Below, one piece after another: positions 38,215 through 48,232 of a stretch of 64,000 bases of DNA (within the stretch, counting starts at the first letter, position 1; each line of letters starts with the position of its first letter). Origin of the DNA: an uncultured Candidatus Rokubacteria bacterium (GTDB lineage Bacteria > Methylomirabilota > Methylomirabilia > Rokubacteriales > DASRDR01); NCBI GenBank assembly GCA_963708025.1, contig CAVPSB010000032.1:300105-364104 (forward strand). The letters are read 5' to 3'. The position numbers were made by a program, and so were the translations under genes. Below the pieces are notes generated by a model. That model was given only the letters and a program-made list of their open reading frames with translations. It had not been told where the DNA came from and ran no database searches.

Positions 38215-38880
38215 TCACGGGCTGTCGTCCCGCGAGGCAAGATACATCGCCATCAGCCGCGCCAGCACGATCGTGCCGAACGCGAACCCCGTGAAGGCCT
38301 CGAGCGTCGCGAGCGAGCGGGCCCACCCGTGGACAGGCGCGATGTCCCCGTACCCCACGGACAGCATCGTGACGAGGCTGAAGTAGAGCGCCGTGTCGAA
38401 CTGCGGGTGACCATCGGCGTCCACGACGGGCACGGTGAACGCTCCACCGACCAGTTGATCCACCAGCAGGAACGCAAATGCCCAGGTGATCCCGAGCATG
38501 AGGTAGCTTCCCATGGCGCCCGCCAGCACATCGCGGGTAACCTGCCGGCTGCGCAGGACACCGCCGAGGAACAGCCCCGTGGCGTACGCGAAGAACAGCA
38601 GGGCCGTGATCGTCGATCCGACGGGCGGGACCAGAGCAGGGAGGCTCAGCCACCGCGCGTTGGTCGCCGCGCTGGCCAGGGCGAGGCTGCCGGCGACCAC
38701 GAGGTGGCGTCGGTCGGTCGCCACGGCGTAGACTGCGAGCAGCGGGATCGCGAGCCCGAACACCCCGGTGATCCTCTCCCCCACACCCAGCACACGGAGC
38801 ACGGGCGAGAGCACGAAGGTGGCAAGCAGTCCCACCAGCACGACCGTGTAAGGCGCCAGCGGGTAGGATCGCTGCACCAT
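38215..38880 (-). CDS. Potassium channel family protein (Ion_trans_2)
   Basis: YFSLVTMLSVGYGDIAP selectivity filter. Confidence 0.85.
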   Translation of the reverse strand: MVQRSYPLAPYTVVLVGLLATFVLSPVLRVLGVGERITGVFGLAIPLLAVYAVATDRRHLVVAGSLALASAATNARWLSLPALVPPVGSTITALLFFAYATGLFLGGVLRSRQVTRDVLAGAMGSYLMLGITWAFAFLLVDQLVGGAFTVPVVDADGHPQFDTALYFSLVTMLSVGYGDIAPVHGWARSLATLEAFTGFAFGTIVLARLMAMYLASRDDSP

Positions 38881-39096
38881 CGGGAGTCTTCCCGGTACGG
38901 GCATCCGATGAGGCCTCCTCGAATCGACAGTACGCGCCCCGACCTCTCCCCGTGCCCCTAGCCCGGACACCACGATCGCGCCCCGGGGAGACCGTCGTCA
39001 AGGGCCGGGCCGTGACCGAGGAAGGGGAGTGGGCGAGCGGTGAGGCCGCCTTGCGCACGCGGGAGACGGCCACGACCGTGTCGATCGAGCGCTAAA

Positions 39097-39270
39097 ATGC
39101 AGAGAGAGGGGATCCCGTCTGCGGCTTCGGTCCGATCTCTCGCCTGCAGGTCGCTCGCCTGCGTGGAGGAGCAGATGGGCCACTACTCGGTCAAGGTGAC
39201 CGTCAACATCTACGGGAAGCTGGTGCCGGGCGCCAACAAGGCGGCGGTGGATCGGCTGGACGCCGTGGAG
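39097..39270 (+). pseudogene. C-terminal remnant of a tyrosine recombinase/integrase
   Basis: SLACVEEQMGHYSVKVTVNIYGKLVPGANKAAVDRLD = box II (LGH..I..T..Y) of phage integrases; rest of gene missing. Confidence 0.75.
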
Positions 39271-39373
39271 GACGCGGTGCGGAAGGCACAACCATCCGCA
39301 ACCCCCGCGCAACCGACATCCCGAAAAGCAGAATCCGCGGAGCCGGGGCGTCCCGGAACCCCGCGGATTCAAA

Positions 39374-39389
39374 TGGTGGAGCTGAGGGG
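39374..39389 (-). mobile_element. att-core remnant resembling a tRNA-Ala 3' end (CCCCTCAGCTCCACCA)
   Basis: TGGTGGAGCTGAGGGG about 100 bp downstream of the integrase remnant; ends in acceptor stem CTCC + ACCA. Confidence 0.6.
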
Positions 39390-39672
39390 TGCTGTCCTTG
39401 ACGGTGTCCGCGTCGAGACACTCGTGCTGCCAATGCCACGATGGGCACAGGGTCCCCGATGACCGGCGCGCAGCCGCGGCGATCGGTCCACCTCTTGCGA
39501 ATGGTTCCGGGGGGCGCCGTGTCTTCACTGCAACCGGCGCCCAGCAGTTCGGGTTCGAGGCCGACACCTGGCTCGGGAGCCGGGACCGGGGCATCCGGCC
39601 ACATCAGCTCGGTCCCGATCTCGAAGCCCACCTCGAGGAAGCCACGCGTCGGCGCCCGGAGTCTCGTCCCTG

Positions 39673-39948
39673 TCACCTGGCTGCAGAGGCGAACAGAATC
39701 CACAGCCCGATGGCGATGAAGCCGACGCCGGCGACGCTCCGGAGAAGGGCGGGCGGCAGCCAGCTCCCGATCTGGGCACCGACGACCACCGCCAGGGCGC
39801 TCGATACCACGAGGGCGGCAGCGGCCGCGAGAAACACGGCCGGCTTGCTCACCGCGGGATTCGCGGCAAAGATCAGCGTCGCGAGCTGGGTCTTGTCGCC
39901 GAGCTCCGCCAGGAAGACGCTGACGAACACCGTGACGTATGCGCGCAT
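39673..39948 (-). CDS. TMEM165/GDT1 (UPF0016) family Mn2+/Ca2+ transporter half-unit
   Basis: FLAELGDKTQLAT signature. Confidence 0.9.
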   Translation of the reverse strand: MRAYVTVFVSVFLAELGDKTQLATLIFAANPAVSKPAVFLAAAAALVVSSALAVVVGAQIGSWLPPALLRSVAGVGFIAIGLWILFASAAR

Positions 39949-39961
39949 GAGCTCCTCCCGT

Positions 39962-40417
39962 TCACCGGGTCGAGGCGGGCCACGCGTCTGCCTCGGTCGA
40001 TCGAGCGGTCGGAGCGTCCGGCCGTGGCACCAGCAGGAGCGGCGTCCGGGCTCGGCGCAGCACGGCCTCGGCGACGCTCCCGAGGGCGAGGCGGCGCAGC
40101 CCACCCCGGCCGTGCGTCGTCATCACGATGAGGTCCACCTTGTGATGGCGTGCCACCTTCAGGATCGCGCCGGCCGGATCCCCTTCCCAGACGGAGACCC
40201 GCACGTTCCGGCAGCCCTCAGCGGCCAGTCGTTCGGCGACGCCGGTCAGGTACTCCTGGCACTCCCGCACTCCGCCTTTCCCGTACGGGCGGGACACTGC
40301 CGTCCGCAGGACCTCGATCCGGGTGCCCGAGCTCCGGGTGAGCTCGATCACGCGTGGCAGCACGCTTGCGGCCAGGGCGGACCCGTCGAGGGGAACGAGG
40401 ATGCGTTGCGCGAGCAT
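39962..40417 (-). CDS. Universal stress protein
   Basis: RILVPLDGS, DLIVMTTHGRGG...LGSVAE.VLR. Confidence 0.92.
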   Translation of the reverse strand: MLAQRILVPLDGSALAASVLPRVIELTRSSGTRIEVLRTAVSRPYGKGGVRECQEYLTGVAERLAAEGCRNVRVSVWEGDPAGAILKVARHHKVDLIVMTTHGRGGLRRLALGSVAEAVLRRARTPLLLVPRPDAPTARSTEADAWPASTR

Positions 40418-40532
40418 CGTGGCCTCCGTTGTCGAGTATCAGAGGTGCAGGATCAGCCCTCGCCACGCCCCGCCGGCGCGGCTCGCGTGCCTCCGGCGGC
40501 CTGCGCCGCGGCGCCCCCGGGCGGTGTGATGC

Positions 40533-41864
40533 TCAGCCAGGAGAACGGGCCGTGGTGGGCGGACCCCCGTCCGGCTCCAGGAACAGCTCGTCCGTGTCGT
40601 CCTCGAACCCGAAGAGCTCGGCATACCGGCCCCAGTCGATCGCGGTCGCGAGCTGCCGGCGGGCCTCCTCGGCGCTGAAGTGCTTCTCCAGCACGTCGAG
40701 GAAGAACGCGTCGGGGAGCCGCCGGTCGTGTTTGGCCTGGAGCGCGGCGTGGATCCGCGAGACCAGGGTCGGCCGGCTCAGCAGATGGCGGCGGAACAGG
40801 TCCTTCCGCACCAGGATCGGGGCCTCCACGAACGCGCTCCCCTCCGCCGTCAGCACGGCGTCCCCGTCCTCGACCCGCGCGAATCCCAGGAGCGCCGCGG
40901 CATCGACCAGCGGCAGCAGGTCGTCCACCTCGAGCTGGAGGTCGCCGGCCAGCCGGTGGAGGTCCTCGCGCCCGCCCCGCTCGGCCAGGAGCTCGAGGAA
41001 TCCCGTGAGGGCGCCGACCCGGGCGTGCGGCAGGGGCGGGAGGGACGGGCGGGCCGGGGCGACCCGGCGCGCCTCCTCGGGGGTCTCGGGCCGGGTCATC
41101 AGCTGGTAGAGGCGGTCAACCAGGGCCTGGACCTCGGCGGCGTCCCGGGCCCGGGGCCGCTGCAGGTCAACGGGCACCTCGGCCCGGACGTGCCCGGGGT
41201 TCGAGCCGAAGACCACGATGCGGTCGGCGAGGAGCACGGCTTCCTCGATGTTGTGCGTCACGACGAGCATCGCGCGTGTCGGGATCGTCTGCCCGAGCCA
41301 GAGCTCCATGAGCTCGCCCCGGAGACTCTCCGCCGTCAGGACGTCGAGCGCCGAGAACGGCTCGTCCATGAGGAGGACATCCGGCTGGACCACGAGCGCG
41401 CGGGCGAGCCCGACCCGCTGCCGCATGCCCCCGGAGAGCTCCCGCGGGTACGCGGATTCGAAGCCGTCGAGCCCGATGAGGTCGATCATCTGGAGGGCCT
41501 TCGGCCGCCGCACCGCGGGCGGGACCCCCTGGGCCTCGAGCCCCAGCTCGACGTTGCCGAGCACGTCGAGCCAGGGTAACAGGGCAAACGCCTGGAAGGC
41601 CATCGCGACGCCGGGACAGGGACCCGCGACGGGCCGGCCGCGATAGCGGACCTCGCCCTCGTTGGGTGGAATCAGCCCGGCCAGGATCCGGAGGAGCGTG
41701 CACTTGCCCGAGCCGGACTTTCCCAGAAGCGCCACGATCTCCCCATCCCCGAGGCTGACGTCCACCGCCTGCAGGACGGTGTACTCCCCGGTTCCGTCGG
41801 GGAGCGGAAAGCGGCGGGCCACCTGCCGGGCGTCCAGGAGCAGTCCGTTCGAGCGCGCCGCCAC
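40533..41864 (-). CDS. Nitrate/sulfonate/bicarbonate-type ABC ATPase with C-terminal AAA-associated domain
   Basis: GKSGSGKC, ELSGGMRQR, MDEPFSALD, C-terminal IDWGRYAELF. Confidence 0.88.
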   Translation of the reverse strand: MAARSNGLLLDARQVARRFPLPDGTGEYTVLQAVDVSLGDGEIVALLGKSGSGKCTLLRILAGLIPPNEGEVRYRGRPVAGPCPGVAMAFQAFALLPWLDVLGNVELGLEAQGVPPAVRRPKALQMIDLIGLDGFESAYPRELSGGMRQRVGLARALVVQPDVLLMDEPFSALDVLTAESLRGELMELWLGQTIPTRAMLVVTHNIEEAVLLADRIVVFGSNPGHVRAEVPVDLQRPRARDAAEVQALVDRLYQLMTRPETPEEARRVAPARPSLPPLPHARVGALTGFLELLAERGGREDLHRLAGDLQLEVDDLLPLVDAAALLGFARVEDGDAVLTAEGSAFVEAPILVRKDLFRRHLLSRPTLVSRIHAALQAKHDRRLPDAFFLDVLEKHFSAEEARRQLATAIDWGRYAELFGFEDDTDELFLEPDGGPPTTARSPG

Positions 41865-41866
41865 GG

Positions 41867-43152
41867 TCAGCCGAGTCGGTAGCGGCTCTCCGCGAGCCGC
41901 GACAGCGGGTGCCAGAGCATTCGGTTCACCCCCACCACGTACGCGCTCATCACCGCGATGCCCAGGACGATGCGCGGCCAGTCGCCGCCGGCGGTCGCCT
42001 CCGTGATGTACGCCCCGATCCCGGTCGCTGTCAACCGCGTGTCCCCCCAGGTCACGACCTCGGCGACGATGCTCGCGTTCCATGCGCCTCCGGCGCCGGT
42101 GAGCGCCCCGGTCACCCAGGCGGGAAAGATCGCGGGCAGAATCAGAACGCGCCAGCGAAGCCACCCGCGGATGCCCAGATTCCGCGCCATCTCGCGGAGG
42201 TCATTCGGCATCGCCATCGCACCGGCGATGGTGTTGAAGAGCACGTACCATTGGGCGCCGAGCGCCATCAGCGCCGCGCTCCCCCACTCCAGGCTCAGGT
42301 GAACCCGCAGGAAGACGATCGTCACGAACGGGAAGAGAAAGTTGGCGGGAAAGGAGGCCAGGACCTGGGCCACCGGCTGAGCGACCTGGGCCGCGCGCGG
42401 GCTCAGCCCGATCCCGACGCCCACCGGCGTCCAGACGAGGCCGGAGAAGGCGACGACCGCCACGACCCGGAGCAGGGTCAGGCCACCGAGCCCCACGACG
42501 CGCAGGCCCTCGCCCCACGCCACCCGGGTCATGACGAAGGCCGCGCCCTGGATCGCGAAGAGCAACAGGCCCGCCGCCAGCACGGCCGTCAGGACCCAGT
42601 CCTTCAGATACTCCCGCCGCGGGTCCGGCGGGCGGCCGGGCGCCGGACGGGAGCGCCGCCAGATCCGGTCAACCGCCTCGTTCAGCCACCCCGCTCCGAC
42701 GTCCGCCCAGGCGACGAGACGAGAGCGCCGGAGGAGATCGAGGAGGGCGGAGCGGGGCACGTCGGCGGCGCCCGATTCCTCGAGCTTGAACCGCTCGGCC
42801 CAGGCCACCAGCGGTCGCCAGAACCCGCGGTCAACCAGCACGATCATGGCGGTCATGGTCAGCAACGCCCAGCCCATCGCCTCGAGGTCCTTGGCCTTCA
42901 CGGCCAGGGCCATGTACGACCCGACGCCGGGAAGCAGCCACTCCTGGTTGAGCACGGTGATGGCTTCGCTCGCGGCGAGAAAGAACCAGCCGCCGCCGAA
43001 CGACATCATGCCGTTCCAGACCAGCGGGATCACGGCGGCCGGCAGCTCCAGGCGGGTAAAGCGCTGCCAGGGGGACAGCCGGAAGACCCGGGTGGCCTCG
43101 ATCTGGTCGCGGGGCAGGGTCAGGAGCGAGTGGTAGTCACGGGCGCGGTCAT
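41867..43152 (-). pseudogene. ABC permease (double BPD domain) lacking its N-terminal part
   Basis: Homology starts abruptly at YHSLLTLP; WNGMMSFGGGWFFL and GGAWNASIVAE motifs; ATG 43152 is out of frame with the body. Confidence 0.7.
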
Positions 43153-43169
43153 CGTCGTCCACGGACCGG

Positions 43170-43231
43170 AGTATCATCCCGCATACATGAAGGAATCCTG
43201 AAGCGTGACGCCGGTCCCGACGTCGTAGAAT
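43170..43231. promoter_or_regulatory. Bidirectional promoter with OmpR-type direct-repeat box (TGAAG-GAATCC-TGAAG, 43188-43203)
   Basis: - strand GATACT 12 nt from the box; + strand TAGAAT (43226) 22 nt from the box; same architecture at 57514-57575. Confidence 0.7.
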
Positions 43232-43315
43232 CGAAGCCAACGCAGGCCACGCCGTGCGGCTCCGGCGACCCGCCGGTGACTCCGGGCCGAGGGCGGAGTC
43301 ATCGACGTCACGGCC

Positions 43316-45964
43316 ATGGCGAGCCCGGCGGGCGGCACGGGGCGGGAGGCGTTGGCGACGATGGCAGACCCGGCAAGACCGGTGACGAGGACGGCGGCCC
43401 GCGAGCCACGTGAGGCATCGCCATCCGGGACCCTCCCGGTCGCCACCCTCTCGGCCGATCCCTCGGCCCCCCCACTGTCAGCCGTGTTCGAGCTGCTCCA
43501 CGCGTCGCCGCAGGGCCTCACCAGCGCAGAGGCGCGCCGCCGCCTCGCCGAGGTGGGACCGAACGAACCGGCGCCGCGTCAACGCGGCGCGGCGCTCGTC
43601 GACGTGCTCGCCTTTCTCGTCAATCCGCTCGTGATCATCCTGGTCATCGCCAGCGTGGTCTCCGCGATCCTGGGCGATCCCGTCAACGCCACCATCATCA
43701 TCCTGATGGTCGGGCTGAGCGTGGTCCTCAACTTTGTCCAGTCCTACCGGTCGCACCGGGCGGCCGACCGGCTCCGCGAAGAGGTGGCGCCCACGGCCAG
43801 CGTCCTGCGGGACGGGGCGTGGGCCGAGATTCCGCGCCGAGGCCTGGTTCCCGGCGACGTCATCCGGCTGACGGCCGGGGACCGTGTCCCGGCCGACGCG
43901 CGGCTGATCGAGACGCGCGACCTGCACGTCCAGCAGGCGGCGCTCACGGGGGAATCGCTGCCGGTCGAGAAGGATGCGACCGATGCCCCGCCCGCCGCCC
44001 GGCAAGTCGCCGAGGCTCGCAACGTCATCTTTCTGGGCACCTCGATCGTGAGCGGGACCGGATTGGCCCTGGTCGTCGCCACCGGGCCCGCCACGGCCTT
44101 TGGCGATATCGCCGCCCGCCTCGGCAGCCGGCCGCCCGAGACCGAGTTCGAGCGCGGCACCCGCCACTTCGCGCTGCTGATCATGCGCACGGTCTTCTTC
44201 CTGGTGCTCTTCGTCCTGCTCGCCAGTGCCGTGCTGCATCGGCCCCCGCTGGAGTCCTTGCTGTTTGCCGTGGCCCTGGCCGTCGGCCTGACCCCGGAGT
44301 TCCTGCCGATGATCACCACCGTGACGCTGGCACAGGGCGCGCTCCGGATGGCGCGACACCGGGTCATCGTCAGGCATCTCGCCGCGATCGAGGACTTCGG
44401 GAGCCTGGAGATCCTGTGCAGCGACAAGACCGGCACCCTGACGACGGGCGAGATGCGGCTCGACCAGTGCCTCGACCCGCTCGGCCGGCCCGCCGAGCGG
44501 CCGTTCCTCCTCGCCTCCGTCAACAGCGCGCATGAGACCGGTATCCGCAGTCCGCTCGACGCGGCCATCCTCGCCCATCGGACGCTGGACGTCGCCGAGT
44601 ATCGCAAGCTCGATGAGATCCCCTTCGATTTCGAGCGCCGGCGGCTCTCCGTCGTCGTGGAAACCGACGGCCGGCGGCTCCTGATCACGAAGGGGGCGCC
44701 GGAAGCGATCGTGGAGCGATGCACCGCGTACGAAGCGGACGGGCTGTCGGTGGCGCTGGATGCGACGGCGCGCCGTCGCTGCGCCACGACGTACGAGACG
44801 CCCAGCGCGCGAGGCGACCGCGTCCTCGCCGTCGCCTGCCGGGAGGTCCCGCCGCAGGCTCGCTACACGGCGGCCGACGAGGAGCAGCTGGTGCTGGTCG
44901 GCTTCATCACCTTTGCCGACCCGCCGATGAAGGATGCCGCGGAGTCGCTCGCGGCGCTCCGGCGGGACGGCGTCACCGTCAAGATCCTGACCGGCGACAA
45001 CGAACTGGTGGCGCGCCACGTCTGCGCGCAGGTGGGCCTCGATGGCGGTGAGGTGGTCCTGGGCGATCAGCTCGAGGGCATGACCGAGAGCGCGCTGGGG
45101 GCCGTTGCGGAGCGGACCACCGTCTTCGCCCGCGTCTCGCCGGGCCAGAAGAACCGGATCATCCTGGCGCTGAAGCACCGAGGGCACGTGGTCGGCTTTC
45201 TCGGCGATGGGATCAACGACGCCCCGTCGCTCCACGCGGCCGACGTCGGGATCTCCGTGTCGAACGCCGTCGACGTCGCGAAGGACGCCGCCGACATCCT
45301 GCTGGGGGAGCGGAACCTGCGGGTGCTGCATCAGGGCATCCTGGAAGGGCGGAAGGCCTTTGCCAACGTGATGAAGTACCTGCTGATGGGCACCAGCTCG
45401 AACTTCGGCAACATGTTCAGCATGGCGGGGGCCGCGCTGTTCCTGCCCTTCCTGCCCATGCTCCCTACCCAGATCCTGCTCAACAACTTCCTGTACGACC
45501 TCGCCCAGGTGACCATCCCCACCGATCACGTGGACGAGGCCTTCATCCGGAAGCCGCAGCGGTGGAACATCGCCACCATCCGGAACTTCATGCTCGTCAT
45601 CGGACCGATCAGCTCGCTCTACGACTTCCTGACCTTCCTGGTCCTGCTCTGGGGGTTCCAGGCCTCCGCGCCGCTGTTCCACACCGGCTGGTTCGTGGAG
45701 TCGCTCGCCACACAGACCCTCGTCCTCTTCGTGATCCGGACAACGGGTAATCCACTCCACAGCCGGCCCAGCGTACCCCTCGCGACGACGACCATCCTCA
45801 TGGTCCTCATCGGCGCCGTCTTGCCATTCACGCCGCTGGCGCCGCCCCTCGGGTTTGTCCCGCTGCCGCCGGCCTATCTCCTGTTCGTCGGCGCGGCGAC
45901 GCTGACGTATCTGGCCTTCGTGGAGCTGGTCAAGCGACGGCTCATGGGCCGACTGATCGGATAG
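43316..45964 (+). CDS. mgtA: Magnesium-translocating P-type ATPase
   Basis: TGES, AVGLTPEFLP, CSDKTGT, GDGIND, SSNFGNMFS, NNFLYD, GWFVES (P3B motifs). Confidence 0.93.
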   Translation: MASPAGGTGREALATMADPARPVTRTAAREPREASPSGTLPVATLSADPSAPPLSAVFELLHASPQGLTSAEARRRLAEVGPNEPAPRQRGAALVDVLAFLVNPLVIILVIASVVSAILGDPVNATIIILMVGLSVVLNFVQSYRSHRAADRLREEVAPTASVLRDGAWAEIPRRGLVPGDVIRLTAGDRVPADARLIETRDLHVQQAALTGESLPVEKDATDAPPAARQVAEARNVIFLGTSIVSGTGLALVVATGPATAFGDIAARLGSRPPETEFERGTRHFALLIMRTVFFLVLFVLLASAVLHRPPLESLLFAVALAVGLTPEFLPMITTVTLAQGALRMARHRVIVRHLAAIEDFGSLEILCSDKTGTLTTGEMRLDQCLDPLGRPAERPFLLASVNSAHETGIRSPLDAAILAHRTLDVAEYRKLDEIPFDFERRRLSVVVETDGRRLLITKGAPEAIVERCTAYEADGLSVALDATARRRCATTYETPSARGDRVLAVACREVPPQARYTAADEEQLVLVGFITFADPPMKDAAESLAALRRDGVTVKILTGDNELVARHVCAQVGLDGGEVVLGDQLEGMTESALGAVAERTTVFARVSPGQKNRIILALKHRGHVVGFLGDGINDAPSLHAADVGISVSNAVDVAKDAADILLGERNLRVLHQGILEGRKAFANVMKYLLMGTSSNFGNMFSMAGAALFLPFLPMLPTQILLNNFLYDLAQVTIPTDHVDEAFIRKPQRWNIATIRNFMLVIGPISSLYDFLTFLVLLWGFQASAPLFHTGWFVESLATQTLVLFVIRTTGNPLHSRPSVPLATTTILMVLIGAVLPFTPLAPPLGFVPLPPAYLLFVGAATLTYLAFVELVKRRLMGRLIG

Positions 45965-46042
45965 GCCGCTGGGCTCATCGGCCGGACCCGTCGGTCTGCG
46001 CCTACGACGCCGGCGAAAGGCCGCCGGCGTCGAACGGAGATC

Positions 46043-47941
46043 GTGATCGCGAACGCCTCGGGCCACGCGATACCGCGCCCATCGCCGCCGGCGGCGCCGA
46101 AACCGGCGTCGCGCAAAGACTGGTACATCACCGGAGGATCCCTCGCGGCGATTCTGCTCCACGTGGTCCTGCGCCATGGCATCGGGGCGGGGATCGTCGG
46201 CGACGTGCCGCTCTTCGCCGCCCTCCTCTTCGGCGGTGGCTCCCTGCTGTTCGATCTCCTGCGGAAGCTCGCGCGCCGGGATGTCGGGGCGGACCTTCTG
46301 GCGGGGATCGCGATCGTCACGTCGGTGCTCCTCGGGGAGTACCTCGCCGGTGCCCTCGTCGTCCTGATGCTGGCCGGTGGCACGGCGCTGGAGAGCTTCG
46401 CCGTCGACCGCGCCTCCTCGGCCCTGCACGCGCTCGCCCGGCGAAGCCCCTCGGTGGCGCATCGACGGGACGGGGATCGGCTGGAGGACATCGCGCTGGA
46501 CGACGTGGCGGTTGGCGACGTGCTGGTCGTCGTCCCGCACGAGATCTGTCCGGTGGACGGCGTGGTCGTCGAGGGCCACGGCCTGATGGACGAGTCCTAC
46601 CTGACGGGCGAGCCCTTCGAGATTCAGAAGACCCCCGGCGCCGAGGTCCTGTCCGGCGCGGTGAACGGTGACCGGGCGCTCACGATCCGCGCCGCGAGAC
46701 TCGCGGTCGACTCCCGGTACGCCAAGGTCATGCAGGTGATGCGGGACACGGAGCAGAAGCGGCCGCGCCTGCGCCGGCTCGGCGACTGGCTGGGCGCGGT
46801 CTACACGCCCGTGGCCATGGCCGTCGCCCTGGGCGCCTGGCTCGCCACCGGCAACCCGGTCCGGTTCCTGGCCGTGCTCGTCATCGCGACGCCGTGTCCC
46901 CTGCTCATCGCCATCCCCGTCGCCATCATCGGCGCGATCTCGCTGGCGGCGAAGCGCGGCATCATCATCAAGAACCCGGCCGTGATGGAGCAGGTCGAGA
47001 CGATCCGCACGATCATCTTCGACAAGACCGGCACCCTGACCTACGGCCGACCCCAGCTGACCGACCAGTTCCTGGCCCCTGGCGGGGATGCCCGGGAGCT
47101 GCTGCGGCTGGCCGCCAGCCTGGAGCAGTACTCGAAGCACCCCCTCGCCGGAGCGATCCTACGGGCCGCCCGGGAGGCGGGCGTGGCGCTCGACGCGGCC
47201 GCCGCGATGACGGAGCGACCGGGTGAGAGCCTCCGGGGGGCCATCGGCGGTCACGACGTCCTGATCACGGGACGTCGGGCCCTGGCGTCCCTCGATCCCG
47301 CCACGGCCGCGAGCCTCCCGCCGGCCGGTCTGGGGCTGGAATGTATCGTGCTGCTCGACGGGCGCTTTGCCGGCATGTACCGCTTCCGCGATGCGCCGCG
47401 CGAAGAGAGCCGTCCCTTCGTCGGGCACCTGGCGGAGCGGCATGGCTTCCGGCGCGTGTTGCTCGTGTCGGGCGACCGGGAACCGGAGGTCGCCTACCTC
47501 GCGCGAGAGGTTGGCATCACGGAGGTCCACGCCGGGAAGACCCCCGAGGAGAAGGTGGCGATCGTGGCGGAGGAGACCCGCCGGGCCCGCACGCTCTTCA
47601 TCGGCGACGGGATCAACGACGCCCCGGCGCTCCTCGCCGCGACGGTCGGCGTGGCCTTCGGCCGGCAGAGCGACGTGACCGCCGAGGCGGCCGGAGCCGT
47701 CATCATGGAAGCGTCACTCACGCGCGTGGACGAGTTCTTTCACATCAGCCGGCGCATGCGGCGACTCGCCCTCCAGAGCGCGGTGGGTGGCATGCTGCTG
47801 AGTGTCCTCGGCATGGCGTTCGCCGCGACCGGGCTCCTCCCTCCCGTCGCGGGCGCCGTCGCGCAGGAAGTCATCGATGTCTGGGCGGTGCTCAACGCCT
47901 TGCGCGTGCTGCTGCCGGGCCGGCCGCTGACCGACTTTTGA
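46043..47941 (+). CDS. Heavy-metal P1B-type ATPase without N-terminal metal-binding domain
   Basis: LTGE, ATPCPL, DKTGT, SKHP, GDGINDAP, QEVID..AVLNALR. Confidence 0.92.
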   Translation: MIANASGHAIPRPSPPAAPKPASRKDWYITGGSLAAILLHVVLRHGIGAGIVGDVPLFAALLFGGGSLLFDLLRKLARRDVGADLLAGIAIVTSVLLGEYLAGALVVLMLAGGTALESFAVDRASSALHALARRSPSVAHRRDGDRLEDIALDDVAVGDVLVVVPHEICPVDGVVVEGHGLMDESYLTGEPFEIQKTPGAEVLSGAVNGDRALTIRAARLAVDSRYAKVMQVMRDTEQKRPRLRRLGDWLGAVYTPVAMAVALGAWLATGNPVRFLAVLVIATPCPLLIAIPVAIIGAISLAAKRGIIIKNPAVMEQVETIRTIIFDKTGTLTYGRPQLTDQFLAPGGDARELLRLAASLEQYSKHPLAGAILRAAREAGVALDAAAAMTERPGESLRGAIGGHDVLITGRRALASLDPATAASLPPAGLGLECIVLLDGRFAGMYRFRDAPREESRPFVGHLAERHGFRRVLLVSGDREPEVAYLAREVGITEVHAGKTPEEKVAIVAEETRRARTLFIGDGINDAPALLAATVGVAFGRQSDVTAEAAGAVIMEASLTRVDEFFHISRRMRRLALQSAVGGMLLSVLGMAFAATGLLPPVAGAVAQEVIDVWAVLNALRVLLPGRPLTDF

Positions 47942-47970
47942 GACGGACTCGCTGCGACAGTGACCCGGCC

Positions 47971-47986
47971 CGAAGGACTCCTGAAG
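47971..47986. promoter_or_regulatory. Degenerate copy of the direct-repeat box (CGAAG-GACTCC-TGAAG)
   Basis: 14/16 match to the 43188-43203 box. Confidence 0.35.
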
Positions 47987-48232
47987 ATGGGGTCCCGCCC
48001 GACGGCGTACCGTTGACCCCGACGGATCTGGTGCCGTGCGATTCCTCCGGATCGAGGCCGATCGGCAGACGGCCCCGCAGCTCACGGAGAGAACCCGGGG
48101 GGTCGGCGTCGCGGCGGCTTCACCCGAGCAGCCGATCGAGAACGCGCTCCTCGAGAAGGCGAGCCAGCGGGATGCGTTCGGAGCCGTCCAGAAGCCGCTC
48201 TGGGCATTCCGGGATCCGGTCCTATCGGCGTC

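Noticed and set aside
39374-39389. Intact tRNA gene
   Set aside because: Only a 16-nt 3' end is present; no T-loop, anticodon or D-arm follows
43204-43316. Mg2+ riboswitch or leader peptide upstream of mgtA
   Set aside because: The leader is short and shows no recognisable M-box or Pro-rich leader ORF; an Rfam scan would be needed to exclude it
43478-47140. 1220-aa minus-strand ORF and other long antisense ORFs (e.g. 971..3067, 25437..27443, 54792..57173)
   Set aside because: Shadow ORFs of high-GC genes on the opposite strand; no recognisable motifs
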